DNA of 64,000 nt. It comes from Lama guanicoe (lineage: Eukaryota). The stretch covers positions 1,949,567-2,013,566 of the forward strand of contig MU053629.1 of NCBI GenBank assembly GCA_013239625.1, written 5' to 3'. The notes below the pieces were generated by a model, which did not search any database, was not told where the DNA came from, and saw nothing but the letters and a program-made list of their open reading frames with translations. Below are positions 37,401 through 51,932 of the stretch, one piece after another. A program made the translations under genes and the position numbers. Numbering within the stretch: the stretch's first letter is position 1; every line of letters starts with the position of its first letter.

Positions 37401-38859
37401 ATCATACATAATCATATCACATCACACCTCACCTCACTCACATGAATGAAAACATCCACACCTTGGTTTTCAGTCTATTTCACTGTGTTTTAAGACACAG
37501 ACTGCAAAAATAAAATATCTTTTATGTCATAAAAAAGAATCTACTTTTATGTTTAATTTTGAGAAGTTATATAAAAATTATCATGATATACTGACTTATA
37601 TGCATTAAAACAGTTCTTCTGATAACTACAACTTCTACTAATTTATCGAATTTTTAGATCTTAGTACAATATCTATTAAAGGAGCAGAAGATTCATCTTT
37701 ATTTTTAGAGATGAAATACTCAGTTTTAAACTTGAGCTAACGTTACTTGGGAAGAAGGAATAAAGAAATCCTAGCATGTATATCTCAGGAGTAAAACACA
37801 AGAGTACTGTTTTCTAAGAGCATCTCATTCAAGGAGCTGAGAAGAGGCACTTTTAATTTAAAACTAAGGCAATGATATCAACATGGGATGAACTATGAAA
37901 TCTTTTATCTACTCTAACAGATAACAGCATTACACTTATCAGAAAGTCCTCTCCTGGGATTATCTGGTTTTCCCTAACTTTAAACCTGGAGATTACAGTA
38001 TTATTTCCTTCTTTGGTTTCCCTAGTGATACTTCCATAAGTGTTAACACGAAGATTCAGATTATTGGCTTATTGTATAGTAACTGCTTTCTTAAGACAAT
38101 CTACAAAGAAAACCAACATCTGTTTCAAATATGTCTACCTACTATTTTAGAACACATCCTGTGTGAGAAGGAGAAACCAACACAGGCTAAAAGGAAAAAT
38201 ATCTTTAAGTACCTGGTTAAAGGGTTTTCTTTCTCTACCACCCTAAATTTTTTTTTCAATCCATGTTATGCTAAAAGATAAAATAATTTTCACTGATTGG
38301 ATGGCTTTTCTCCTCTATCCAGGAAAAATAAATAATAAAACTGTCACAATGAAATCAGTATTGAAGAGCCACAAACACTTCTCACTGGCATTGTCACAAG
38401 GGTCCTGAACCCTCCTTCATCTTTCTTAACAATTTTTTTAAAATAAGGGCTTTGATAACTGCAGTTTGGTAATACAAGAACAATCAGCATAACAGGCTAC
38501 AGAACATCAATAAACAGCCTTGATGATGGTCCCAAATAATTATCAGATTGACTTCTCTCCATGATTGCCTCATCCTTGCCTCCTTTTCAAAGAACCAGTA
38601 AGTTTCCTCCATAAATATTTACTTTCGTCATAGAGTGATTTGAATTTTTAAGCTTTAAAGTAAATTTTCACCTCATTATTACTTTATTTAAAAAACACCC
38701 TATCACTAGCTAAGCAGTAAAGAGTCCCTCCAACATTGATGGGGAAAATAAGAATTTCAATCGTTTCAGTTGATCAAGGGACTATCAGACAGTCGCACAA
38801 ACTACACTCTGATTTGAGTTCTTCCAGTGTAGACAGTAAACTTATTACTCCTGCTGTTT

Positions 38860-39230
38860 CCTGTCTTGTTTTACTTACTTCATTTCAAAAACTTAAGGAC
38901 AGGGACAAAATAAACCTACTTAAAACCTGCCTGTAAGCTCTTTCCAAAGTAGGAGCCAATCTTTCTTGTTTGTCACTGTACTCACAGTGCCAACTCTGAG
39001 CCTAACACATAGTAGTGCTCAATAAACTTATGACGCGTGAATATTATTCTTATTTCAAATGTTCATCTAGCACTATAATAATTGATCATGGCTTTTTTTT
39101 TTAAACCTGTCTACTAAACTAGACTGTGGAACTCTACGGAACCAGAAACTGCTTGCTGTCTTATGCACCTGCAGCGTCAAGCCCTGTGCCAAAACAGAGA
39201 TGAGTGAGTAAATGTTTAAATGAATTGACT
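38860..39230 (+). mobile_element. Two tandem L2 3'-terminal fragments
   Basis: gcctaacacatagtagtgctcaataaa and agactgtggaact..taaatgtttaaatgaat. Confidence 0.55.
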
Positions 39231-40336
39231 GTTTTTGATTAACTGAGATTTACTTAACAAGTACTTCAATTTACTAGATATTATCTTTCCATTTCACTAC
39301 TTACTCTAATTACAGAAAAGGTATAAAACAGCGAAATTACAATATACATAAAACCCATAACCCACACTCTACACACTTCCTTTCTTTCTTCTCTTCTTTT
39401 TTGTGTATGGCCAGGAAGTCTACTGCAATCAGTATAAATGCAACCTGTACTCAATACTTACCTATGTCACTGAATATGCTACTTATAAAGAATAAAAGAT
39501 TTGTAACAGCCACAGGTTCTATTATCAAAGAGCCCATTTCATTCCCAACAATATTAGGAGTATCAGTTGTATATTTTTAAATGATCAAGAAAAGAAGAAC
39601 CATCATAATACAAATCTAGTTACCCCAATATACTGTAAGCCTCTTAAGAACAAAAACCCATTTTTCTTAATTATGCCCTATAGTACCTTAAGTACAGTAA
39701 ATGTTCAAAATAAAACAAACTTTAAAAATTTTAGAAGTTCTTCATAATCTTCAAATAAACAGAAGTTAACCCTGTTGCCTAAATCCAGGCATTCTAGGCT
39801 TTCTTTATTCTAATGGACTGAAGTTTTAAAATTCTATGTTATAAGAGCTTTAAAGGAAATATAAGACTTGTTAATTAAGATTAAGCCTATAGTGTCTAAA
39901 ATTTGAAGTTGAATAAAGGTTAGCAGGTCACAATATCCATAGCAGATGATCAGTTTGTGTCAGCAAAATTCTAACAGATTTTCTCAGTTTTGAAAGAAAA
40001 CAGGATTGAATAGGACAAAGTTTAACTCAGTGTGACTTTGACTGAACTCACCTATTTCTGATAATTCACACAGGTATCACTGAAGGGGACTGGATGACAG
40101 AGTATGGTGAGCCCCCAGACTCTATTCTCCATGAGCTGCTGCTACAGCTTGTATAATCTAGTTTACACCCAGAGTCAAGTGTGACTACAGCAGAGAGGAT
40201 ACTTTGACCAAATACGATCTTCACTAATTCATCAAACATCACTATGCAAAACAAATATGGACCAATCTCAAATCCACTTATAGGTCCCTACCCTTTTTAT
40301 TTGAATATTTTCTTTGAACCCCTTATTGCTACAAAA

Positions 40337-40676
40337 CAGTGGCTCTCAGTTGTGGCTGGACAGCAGAATCAGTAGTAAAACATAAAACTACACAAAACCA
40401 GGATCCATGCCTCTCAATATCCTGATTTAGTAAGATGATGGGTAGGGCATTGGTATTTTTTAAATATGCAGCATTACTCTAACGTAATATTTGTTATCAA
40501 CTTTTTCTAAATGCAGTCCAAAAATTCCATGCATTTGCTATTCTTTACATAAGCAAGTATTTCTGGTCCCCAACCCCTGACCCATTTAATTAGAATCTTG
40601 GGACAAAGGCTCATAAATCTGCATTTTAACAAGCTCCCCAGATGATTCTTTTGCACTCAAGTTAGAAAATCACTGC
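40337..40676. mobile_element. MER5-family hAT fragments (two adjacent)
   Basis: cagtggctctca..agaatc and aatctgcattttaacaagctccccagatgattct..aatcactg. Confidence 0.65.
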
Positions 40677-40727
40677 GATAGGAAAGTACTGAAGATTTTA
40701 GTTTGTGTATATATATAACTCTAATGT

Positions 40728-41230
40728 GTGTGATGGTTTCTATAATTTGTCAACTTAGCTAGGATAAATTTTTTCCTCAGAATTCCCTTCCCTGTATGTT
40801 TCTGGTTAGTGTGGGCCACACACTGTCACTTATCGATATGCTAGCTCACTTTGTTGGTGTGTGGAAGCAGCCCAGGTCTGCAATGACTCCGTCTTTCCTT
40901 GATCTTACCTTCAGCTTCTCTTTCTCTTGGGCCAAGTGCATGTTTAGTTCCTTGATTAAGAATGCCTCAGTTCTCCTGCAGCATAACTATATCAGTAAGC
41001 TTGAAGTAGCAGAAACTGATAAGCATTCTAGTCTGTCTTTGTTAGTTCTAGCTTGTACTCATGGCTTCCAATTTCCCATGTTCTCTTATCAACTACCTGC
41101 CTGTGAAGTTCAAGCTCTGGCAACAGACTCAAAGCCTTACAGACTGTGTGACCAGCTCCCATGTTTGTGCAGTCAAATCCTTTAATAATATACAATATAT
41201 CCTAATGATTCTGCTTTCAGATTGATATAA
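40728..41230 (+). mobile_element. ERVL-class solo LTR (LTR41/MLT2-like)
   Basis: Starts tgtgatggtt..tgtcaacttagctagg, contains cagaattcccttccctgtatg and ends atcctaatgattctgcttt. About 500 bp. Confidence 0.65.
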
Positions 41231-41867
41231 TGAATTAAGGAAGAACCACTGATCTAACCCTTATTTTATCCGTATTAAATCCACTGCAGTAGTCCATTTC
41301 TCATTTCACTACCTTTATTCCTTTACTGTTATGTTCCAGCCAATGACATGAAGTGGCAGGAAGACAAAAGGAACCTTTCCAAACTCCAGTGATCTTCTCA
41401 AAGTGTATTTAACCATCTATTTCTAAATATACAATGCAGAATTTTTTTAAACACCGTGCTATTCAAAGTCTTGAATGAATTTCCATAATTGTTTCTTCCT
41501 AAATAACACTTTCAAAATATGGATGGCAAGAGCCCATTTATTAATAAGTATTTATTGACTACTAAAAGTCTCTGTACCAGGTACAAAGACTCTTAAGGAT
41601 ACAAACACAAAACATAGCTTTTAATGGTTTTAAAGAGTATGATTAGGGCTCTCACATATGTGTAAAAAGGTATTTGGGAGTATAAGGAAGCATAGACAAT
41701 GGCCATCTAACAACTTGGTGGTTAAAAATACTTTCAAGAAAAGAGAGATTTAAACTAGTAGGGGAAGGAGTAGTGCTGAAAAAAAAGTATAAGATGAGAA
41801 AGAAAAGAAGTTGCAGGAAAAAGAAACAGCAGGTACAAGGATTAGAGTCAAGAGAATGTAGTGTCTA

Positions 41868-42054
41868 CACTGGTTCTCAAAGCATGGTTCCTAGGTCACT
41901 AGCATCAGTACCACTTGGGAATTTGTTAAAAATGGACAACGTACAGCCCCATCCCAGAGGCACAGAATCAGAAAGCCTGGAGGGAGGGCCCAGCAATCTG
42001 TTTTAACAAACCATCCAGATGATTCTGATACACACTAACGTTTTAGAACCACTG
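41868..42054 (+). mobile_element. MER5A, full length (187 bp)
   Basis: TIRs cactggttctcaaa / tttagaaccactg. Internal ggcccagcaatctgttttaacaa. Confidence 0.88.
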
Positions 42055-42209
42055 ATCTAGTTTGATCAGAGAGCTGAATCAGGTTAAGGTTACAGCAAAG
42101 GAAGCACAATGAGACAGTAGTGCCCTGTTGACAACTGTCAGAGGTGAATCTGCACGAGGTTACATATGCTAATGTTAAGTCATCAACAGTTCTCAACTTT
42201 TGAGGCTCT

Positions 42210-43130
42210 TTCCCCCCTTAATTCAACAACTGCAAAATGCACATTCTTTTCAAGCTCTCACAAAATATTTATGAAACTTGAATATGTGCTATGCCCCAGA
42301 ATCACCAAGCTTCACCTACAAATTCTGATGTTATATTTCCATTATCATTGAAATTTTAGTATTATTAAACTTCAATCATAATTTCTGCAACCTCAGCTAT
42401 TTAGAAGTATGATTTTAAGTTTTCAAACATTTTTTTAAAGTTAACCTTTTAAAAAAATAAGTCCTCACAGAAGTAGAATACAATGCTGTATGTACACAGG
42501 AAACATGTTATAAACCAATGTTACCGCAATAAAAAATGAGTTTAAAAAAAAAAACAAACTGAGTCCTAATTTAGCTTGCATTTTCATCAGAGAAGTTTAC
42601 CTGTTATTTTCTGTTACTTCCTGAGATTTTCATATGGGCACTTTTCAAGGCTGAGTAATTATCTGTTGCATTACCAGAAATTTTGGATTCCATTAAGTAC
42701 TGTATACGCATTATATCAACTCTGGTATTGATTCTTCAAAATGTGAACACCTTCATCCAGTAGATCAAGCTATTTCATTGTGTTGTTCAAGTTTTCTGCC
42801 TCCTTACTAAATTCGCGTGTGTTAAAAACTATTATGATTGTGAACTTATAAATTTCTCCTTGTAGTTGTTATTTTTGGTTTACGTATGTGGAATGTGTTA
42901 TCTGATACAAGTATCATTAGAATTTTAGTATCTTTTTTAATTTTTAAAATTTATTTATTTATTTATTTTGGGGCGGTTATTAGGTTTACTTATTTATTTT
43001 TTTAAAGGAGGTACTAGGGATTGAACCCAGGACCTTGTGTGTGCTAAGCATGCACTCTATAATTTGAGGTATACCCTCCCCCAGAATTCTAGTATCTTCC
43101 TGGTAAACAGAATCTTTTAGTACTATATGA
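42210..43130. mobile_element. Old L1 endonuclease-region fragments in both orientations plus a short L1 tail (about 42465-42555)
   Basis: Forward caacaactgcaaaatgcacattcttttcaag; reverse tgttgttcaagttttct..ccttactaa; A-tailed insert flanked by agtcct. Confidence 0.5.
42935..43082 (-). mobile_element. Camelid tRNA-derived SINE (vic-1-like)
   Basis: TSD agaattttagtatctt (42919-42934) / agaattctagtatctt (43083-43098). Confidence 0.92.
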
Positions 43131-43131
43131 T

Positions 43132-43455
43132 ACGGCAGAGAACTGCTGATGGCCTCCCCCAATATCCAATCTCTCCTCTTCCCTTAGTAAGGAAGTCCAG
43201 TTTTATTCTGGGCAGCAAAGTGCTCTCCTAAAATATACTTCATAACTGCCTTGCAGTGAAGGGCCAGTGAAACTGCTAGGTGGAACTTCCATGAACCACT
43301 TTAAGAGATGGCCTAATAGCTTGCTTGAGCTCCACCTGTCACCCCTACTCCATCCTTCCTCCTACAGGAAATTTGTTAGAGTTGGTGCTCTAAGCAACCA
43401 CCTTGAACCATAAGGTTGGCCACGTGCTGACAGACAGCTGGGTAAAAACTACTCG
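43132..43455. mobile_element. Old MaLR LTR fragment (MLT1J/K-like)
   Basis: ccaatatccaatctctcctcttcccttagtaa..tgccttgcag. Confidence 0.5.
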
Positions 43456-43459
43456 GAGA

Positions 43460-43742
43460 CAACCTGTATTCCTAGCTTCATGGCTCCTTCTTCCATATTC
43501 AAAGCCAGAAATAAAGCATCTTCGAATTTCTCTCTGGCTCTCGTGCCTACAATTTTCCCTTAAAAGGACCCCCGTAATTAAACTGGACTTCCTGGGTAAT
43601 ATAGGATAATCTCCCCATCTCAAGATCCTTAATATAATCACATTTGCAAAATCCCTTTTGCCACGTTAAAGGTAACATATTCACAGGTTCTTGAGGATTA
43701 GGGTGTGGGTATCTTCGGGTGGCAATTACTCTCGTCACCACA
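43460..43742 (-). mobile_element. MaLR LTR fragment (MLT1C/D-like)
   Basis: ggataatctccccatctcaagatccttaatataatcacatttgcaaaatcccttttgcca..ggtaacatattcacaggtt..accaca. Confidence 0.85.
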
Positions 43743-46700
43743 GATGTACTTTAGACCTTTTCAGTCCTTCCCCTGTGTCTAACCTTACTGATATCTTCTC
43801 TCTCTTTTATCTCCCTGTATAGCATTCCTAATTATTTCTTCAGATCTACCTTCCACCTCACTGTCTTTTCAATCTAATATGCTGTTAAACTGCCCTTGAA
43901 TTTATGATTTCAATTATTTTATTTTATTTTTTGTTTGTTTGTTTCTGGATTCTGTCTAATTATTTTGGACAATTCCTTATCCCTGAGACATACTTTCATT
44001 TCTTCTATTTGTTTCTTCCGATAAATTAAGCACATTTATTTCTATATTCAGTACCGAGTAAGATAATCCTTGTGAGTCTGATTTTAGTATTTTGTTTTGC
44101 TCATGGTAACCATTTCCTCATATGCTTTTGTGGTTTTTTACTGGAGCTCAAGCTCTCTGGATTAACATCTTTGGAAATTCTTTGAGGCCTTTGAGAGGAT
44201 GTTCTTCCAGAAAGGACTTGGATTCACTTCTGTCTTTCTCTGGGCACAATAACAAGCAAGCTATAATCACTCAAAACAAGTCTCAGCTTACACTTTTTTT
44301 TTTTAAATCAAACAGGTAGTGGGGTCCCGAACCTCTATGAATATTTGATTCTAATTACAAATATTCAGGGAAAACCTTGTTCACCCTCTATTCATAGCTA
44401 AGGCTGAGAAGGATAAGTTTTCTGACTACCTTTCTTTGCTAGGGTGATTTTTTTCTCTGTCTCCCTTTCCCAGTAGGGCTATAGACTTTTGTGGGTTCTG
44501 GTTTTAGGAAGGTAGATCTCTAGCTTGACCCCAATAATGTGGCTTCCATTCTTGTCCTCTGAGTCCCATGCTTACCTGTTAAAAACTGACAATACAGCTC
44601 ATCAAGAACCAGCAGATGTCCTTAAAGCAGCAGTCATTAGGCGCTTGCAAACAACTCTGCATTTGGCCTCTGTTTTTGTTTTTCATCTTACTTTTTTGCC
44701 AGTTCAGCCATTTTTCTAAGTTTCTTTAAAAAAATAAATCCATCATTTTTGCATATTTGATAGTAGGAAGATTCTTCTTCCTTTAAAGATAGTTTCCCAT
44801 ATCACTGAAAATAAAGTAAATGTACATAGCTATTACTAACTGATAATAAATGTAAGATAATGTTACACCAGTACTTCTAAAGTTATACCTTCCTTGTACA
44901 TTTTATTTCCTTATTCTTCTCTTTCACCTTCTCAAAGTTCCTTTCTAAGGGGTGTCCTTTATCAAGTAACTCTAAGTAAGCATTGCCTTCCCGTCTTTGC
45001 CACCCATTTCCAAGACCCATAAAACGTTCCCAACATTCCTCATTTTTTAAATATGGCTTATGGACTAGCTATATGTATATTTATGATATTATTACTAAAT
45101 AATAAAATTTAACTGTATTTATAGTCAAACAAGTGCAAGAATGGAAAATAAATGATTTATGTTAGGATAGTGAAAATTGCCCTTTCTTTTCATTTTAAAT
45201 TTATCTTATGCAACAAAATAACCACCACCATCCTTGGTTGAAAAATTATTCATACAAATATGCTACTGAACTCAATCCTGTCAGCAATTCTCTCATGTAA
45301 TTGTCTCAGGATGTTGGTAAATTTCAGTGGGCAGCCAAATTTAAGAAACAGTCATTGTAATGTCTGTCATGCTGCAGTTTTTATTTTAAGGGTATAGAAA
45401 GACACTACACACTTTGTGGCTGCCAGAAATCAGCGAAACATGTATCTCACGATAAAAACCAATGCAGTCTCATTTTACAATCTGTCAATATGGGAATCAG
45501 GCTGAAACCACTAACCAGTAAATGACTACAATTTCAATGCATCTCCTCTATAAAGAAGAAGTTAGGTTGGTTTCACAAACTTAAGGGTGGGGAAAACACA
45601 CGGATTCACAAGAGGGTTCAGTGGTAAAGCAATGGACGGAGAATCTAGGGAAACAGTAACCTTTCACTATGCCTCAATTCTTTACTGGTAAAGTCAGAAT
45701 GACCACCACAGAAAAAGAACAAAACTGATCAGAGATGTGGGGCAACCCACAAGAGTGCTCCTTCCTCTTTTTTCTGTGTTCCCAGTAAATCAGCTTCAGA
45801 GCAGGAGGAGGAGATCAGTAGGTAAGGAAAATGGGTACACAAGGCCAACCACAACCTGTCGAGGGACCTCTCCTCATACCCATACAGAGAGCCAATGAGC
45901 TTCTCCTGTTCTTCTTGCACCTCCACACGGAACAAACAATCCTGAGAAAACCTTGAACGTGTTCTGGCTTCTTTGTGAGTTTATATTTATTACTATTACA
46001 GACAGACCCCAAAATTTCTTCTTTCCTTCCTGTCACTCTTTACTGAATTCACAAGAATCCATTAAGTCTTCTGGGTCTGTCTGCAGTAGCAAAAATAGTC
46101 TCTGACTGTTAAATAGCCCTTTAATTGAAACCCAGTGAAAACACCAAAAATATGTTTGAGAGAAGTAGAGGAGGAAATAGCCTCCTGTGGCCTCAAAGGA
46201 GAAAAAGTGTTGCCATCTCTATTAAATACCATTACACTAAAATAAGAGACGTGCATATTGGTTTCACTTTGAAATAGTAAAAGCAATGAGTAAGAAGGAT
46301 GTTTCTTCTTTAAAGCCAAGAAAGGCACAATGAGAAAAGAAACAACTCATAGGTCCACTACAAAGCAGCAAACAAAAAACTCTCCAAATCCATATTTTAA
46401 CACTGCTTTGTAAAGCATTAATTAAGACTAACTCTCCTCTAGTAGTTTTCTCTGAAGTCAAACATACACACGCCCACAGGATTCCCATGAGCCAGAGCCA
46501 AATTCAATTATCAAGACAGTGTAGTGAAACACATAATTTTGTACACTTGGCTGCATAAAAGCCCGTATCTAAAACAATGCTTTGTAGTTCTACAACAGGA
46601 AAAATGCTGTCACTCAAAAGATAACTGGGTTTCACTTGCCTCTTTTCCTTTTATATCACATGTTAATAATCATAAATCATTTTAAGTAGTTATTTAAAAT

Positions 46701-47359
46701 CTTCACTCTTAAAAACTAAAGAACAATATCTATAATATTTACAAACTATATAAGGAAAATATGACAATAAAAACATACAATGAAAAACATCCTTTCAATG
46801 AATATTCCAAAAATAAAATTATTAGCATATTGATCTTCAGAGTAATCATTTTTTCTTTCCCAACTATCATTCATACCTACCTAATCTTTCTACTCTTTTC
46901 CATAATTAGCCTTGTTTCACCTTCTAAACTACTCATACCTCTACCAACCACAATTTTGTCCAACCAAATACTTCTAAAAAATATACATATATATGCAGGT
47001 ATATATGTCAAATTGTACCTGTGTATAGATATAAATATCTTTAAGCATAGTAATCCTTCATTAATCATTAGGAAATTATGCCTTCATTGATGAATTTGCT
47101 AGAGAACTGAAGTTCATCCTTTTAAACCCTAAAACTAAGATTAAGACATAACATACTTTATACTTAAATAAAAGCCGCCATAAATAATTTAATCAATTGC
47201 CCTAGCCAATACAATTAAAAAAGGGGGGGGTATACAAATATTGGAAAGAGAAAAAAAGGAAGAAATAATTTGAGAGTATATTCTCTCACATGGACAGCCA
47301 AACACATGACATGTGAATTTAACCTTTTTGATGACTGAGAACAACTACTGCATTTTTCT

Positions 47360-47524
47360 TTTTATTTTTTTTGAATTTCTAAAGTTTTAGAAAAATTTTC
47401 TAGGGGGGAGGTAATTACTTGATTTTTACTTTTTTTTTTTTTTTTTGATGGAGGTACTGGGGATTGAACCCAGGACCTCGTGCATGATAAGCATGCACTC
47501 TACCATTGAACTACACCCTCCCCC
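47360..47524 (-). mobile_element. Camelid tRNA-derived SINE (vic-1-like)
   Basis: TSD actactgcatttttct / accactgtatttttct. Confidence 0.92.
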
Positions 47525-48766
47525 ACCACTGTATTTTTCTATGAAATGTTTTGTCATCCAGCCTTAATGAAGTACGTAATGCCAAATGCTGCTACATATA
47601 CTAAATGGTAACAGGGTACTAAGTTTTAATACTACATTTTTTTCTCTTTCTTTTGTATCAAAAGTCACTTCTTACCTCTGCTAGTGTGTTCAGCTTTAGC
47701 AGCACCTTCCTTCCCTGGTGTGTAATCTGCCTCCTTTAATCTGCTATAAGCTATAACCAAACCTGTTAGTAAAGTTAGATGACTTAATAGTCAGGTGACT
47801 ATGTTCCTGGAAGCTCAGAAGTATACTGTTAAGAAAAGTACATGAATTTTAGGATTCACACTTTAAAAATACAGACTTTCTAGCTTACACTCAAGTGTAT
47901 ATAAAAAGATTCTAGGGAAAACTACAAGAATTTTTGGGGTGTAGAACTGTGGTTAAAGGGCCACTTCATTTCATAATTAGGTCAAATGGAGCAGATGCGG
48001 GAGCAGTGAGTAAAGATGTGTGATTTGTGTACTGAAAATGATCATTGCTCCCTAATTCATAAGAGATTGTCTCATGTTTTACAAAGGGCAGACTTGTTTG
48101 AAGATTAGCCTGAATAATGTCTTTCTTAACTTATGAATTGTAATCATTTTAAAACATTAAAGGAAAGTGATTTAATGTGCTCAAACACACATAATAAACC
48201 AAGTTAATAAAAAAATTTCTAATTAGGTACATTCCTAATACATATAAATAGAAAGGGTCTATAATTAACATGTCAAATATAAATGCCTCTCAAGCAATTT
48301 TCTGTTTCTTAGGTTAGCCACTGGCGCAATGATGCTGAATCCACCAGTAATTTTCTTAGCACACTGTATTTTCCACCAACGTTTTCCAATCATGAAAAAC
48401 ACAATTAACAGTTCACACGGTATTTTATACAGCATCTTAGCAGATATAACACAAAAACTTCCAGGGCCTCAGGAGAGTTATCCCACATCAAAATTCAAAG
48501 TGGACTCATCAGCGGACTACTGAGTCGTATACATATGACAATGCAAACTACAAAAAGCAAGTCCTTTGCAATTTTCATTGCCTTGTAACATTTCAGAAGT
48601 TGATACAGTATTAATGTGGCTGTAACTGTACTCATTTATTTTTACATAAATTTTATTTACTTTTAATTTTTACTTTACAATTAGTTACCAAATGTATAAT
48701 ACCCAAAGGCTACACAGCACTATATTGTACTATACGTGTAAAGTACACATTAGAGATGTTATACAA

Positions 48767-48890
48767 GGTGGGAGGGTATACCTCAGTGGTAGAGTGCATG
48801 CCTAAGCATACATGAGGTCCTGGGTTCAATCCCCAGTACCTCCACTAAAATAAATAAATAAATAAGTAAGTAAATTACTCCCCCCAAAAC
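48767..48890 (+). mobile_element. Camelid tRNA-derived SINE (vic-1-like)
   Basis: TSD agatgttatacaa / agatgttacacaa. Confidence 0.92.
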
Positions 48891-48904
48891 AGATGTTACA
48901 CAAA

Positions 48905-49460
48905 AATAACATTTTTTTATCTATGAAACTAGTAAAGATGAAAGAAAATTGTGATGCCCAATGTTAGGCAGGTCCAGAGGAATACACTCTCATGCCTTGC
49001 TGAGGGAACTGTACCATCTCTCCAAAAGACTATCCAGTAAAATGCTCATTTATAGAAACTTAAGGAATAAATAATAATGTTCATCTATCAAACCATAAGG
49101 AAATAAGTTTCCTAAGGGAATAATCAAAATATTTATTTCAGAATTTATAGCAACAAATATATGAAATAACCTAAAATCCAGCAATAGAGGTGTAATTAAA
49201 TAATCTGTGTGTTATATAGCCATTAACTATCTGATGATATGGAATAATTTTCTCAACATTAAGTGAAAAAAGGATACTAAACTATATTATTTAAAATATA
49301 TATTATACATGTATCTCTCTCATATAATCACAGAACAGATTGGAAAGAAAATTTACTTGCTAATAATGATTACTTTCTAAGAGGTATTATAGGTGGTTTT
49401 ATTTTGTTCTTTCTAACTTTGCTACATTATTCAAAAATTTTTTACAACCTTCACATAAGA
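48905..49460 (+). mobile_element. L1ME-like 3' fragment
   Basis: cactctcatgccttgctg, aataacctaaaatccagcaatag and ttaagtgaaaaaagg motifs. Confidence 0.5.
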
Positions 49461-51881
49461 AACAGTCACATAAATTATTTGAAAAAAGAAACCAAACACC
49501 TTGTCCAAAATGTAGTGACAAAAACTGAGATACAGCTATTAAAAGAGTGTTTTTAAACAGGAAAATAGTTCATACTGTATTTTATAACAAGAGAATTTTA
49601 AAAATATCTGTTAGCATATATAAAGAAATAGAATTTAAAGGAATACAAACCAAACTGACAAATTTCTAAATGAAGATTAGTTACAAGCACTTACACTTTG
49701 TTAAAAATTTGCAAAACATTTATTACTTTTTATAATGAATGTTTTCCCTCTGTAAATAGCTGACAATAAGAGAAAGTCTTCCCAATACTGTTTAGATTAA
49801 AAATGACACTGGCGAGGAAACATTAATCCAAGAGTTTAATGAAACTGCCACCAGAAAAAACAAGTAGTTACTGGTTAAAAGTACACATTATGTCAAAATA
49901 AGCCATATTTTATCTTTTATACCTTATTAATATTTTAATTTAATTCCACTGTATTCAGGATGTTATAAAACTAGCAATCATATCCACAGTCTTTGAAAAA
50001 TTAAAGTTCCACAGTGACCTGCTCCCAATAGGGGTAATTTGATTATTTAAAAACCAAAAGTTTTCTGCACAGAATACATTACATCTTATTGGGCACACCA
50101 GAGACTATTCTCAAGGCAAACACAGGTCTGAACTCTGGTCACTCTACTCAAAAGACAAAATTAAATTCTCCCAACCCTGTAATTGGTCATCATGGGCCCA
50201 AGATATTATAACAATACAGAGAATCAATATAATCGTTATATTAAGGATTAACTGGACTCAATGTTTAGCTACCCACAAACAAAAAATACTCAACGATTCT
50301 GGATAACCAACTCAACATCTTAATATATTTTAGTACCAAAAGAAAACCAATGCAAGAAAACCAAAGGCACACAACTCTTGTGAAAAGGGAAGAACATCTC
50401 ATATAGAGGAACTGAATGTAAGAACTGAACTAAGGGCTAAAAATTCCGAATTCTAATCACATATAAAAACCAAGGACCCAAGTTAACACTTCTTATCTCA
50501 ACGTTCTCAACCATAAATTGAGACATACAAAACAAGTCATAAAATGTTTGAAAAAAAAGAATTAAATTTTTTAACCAAGAGAAAGAATTCATTGTGCTAA
50601 CCTTGTCCACATACAGACAAATCTCAATGGCCCTGAAATCAGTACTGGCAAGTGTGGCAACTTACAAAGATTTAAAGTATATTTAGTAACTGAGAGGTGG
50701 CATTTAAATACCAAGGATGTAAACCTTAGCTTAATCATAGCTGAGTGCATAAAGAGGTTTATGCTGTCAGTACTGCCCTAACAAGAAGTATCCAGCACAG
50801 CCTTGCATATAAAAAGTATACAGTTCAAAAACAAAGATAATGATTAACTACATATATAATAAAATTTAAAATGTTATCTGTCTACCATTTATCATATATT
50901 AAAATGTATTAAATTAAAATATAATTTGTTAAATTTATAAATACAGTAAAAATGTGAACATGCTTCATGAAATACAATCCTGTATTTAATCATTCTCAAA
51001 TATTTCTATAGTAAATACTTAGCTCCTACTTTAACCATATTATTTCTAACTGCTTTCATTCACTGTCTTCATTACATGCCCATTTTTTGGATCTCAGCAT
51101 TTTATTGTCTAAAGAAATAGTATCACTAACATTCTTCATTTGGTAAGTTAAAATTAAGATGAATTTATGTTTCCAATTTTTTAAACTTATGACATTAGGT
51201 AAAGATGATAAGAAAAATGACGAAATCAGTTAACAGGAAAATTTGGAAATTACTACATAAAAAAAGTGGGAGTGAGGGAGGCAGGTATGATGGAGCTTTG
51301 CAAATGGAAATATAGCAGATTACTCAAACAACCTGCCTCCTAAAAACTGAATATGCTGAATTAAAAGCAACAATGCAGGTATTTTTCAGCTTGAAAAGTT
51401 TTATCCAGTTCTGGCTTATGTACTTCCTCAGTATTTTCACACTTTTCTTTAAATCAGACTTTTAAATAATTGTTTTTAAACTGTTGCTTACTACTTCTAT
51501 CATTTCAGCATTCCTAGGTCTGTTTCTATTGACTGATTTTTCTCCTAGCTATGGATAACATTTTCCTACTTATTTGCTTATCTAACTAACACAAAGTTCA
51601 GCATAATGATTCCTCCTAGGTCAGAAAAAGGAAGGGGCACAAAGAGCCTTCTAAGATACCAGTAATGTTCTATTTCTTTACTACAGTGATGAGTACAGTG
51701 TTCACTTTTAGACTTTCAACTATATGTGACTCTTTATAAATATGCTGTAGTTCTTGAAAAAATATTGTAAGAAATTAAGATAGATGCTTTGAGAAGATTC
51801 AGTCTGAAAACAAAAGGAGAAAAAGGAGGCAGCAGGAAGTATATCACCAAAATTGACAAATAGGGAACTCCAGGGCTCCAT

Positions 51882-51932
51882 ACACTACACACAACACACA
51901 CACAACACACACACACACACACACACAGACAC
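51882..51932. repeat. Compound (CA)n microsatellite
   Basis: Interrupted CA runs over about 50 bp. Confidence 0.92.
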
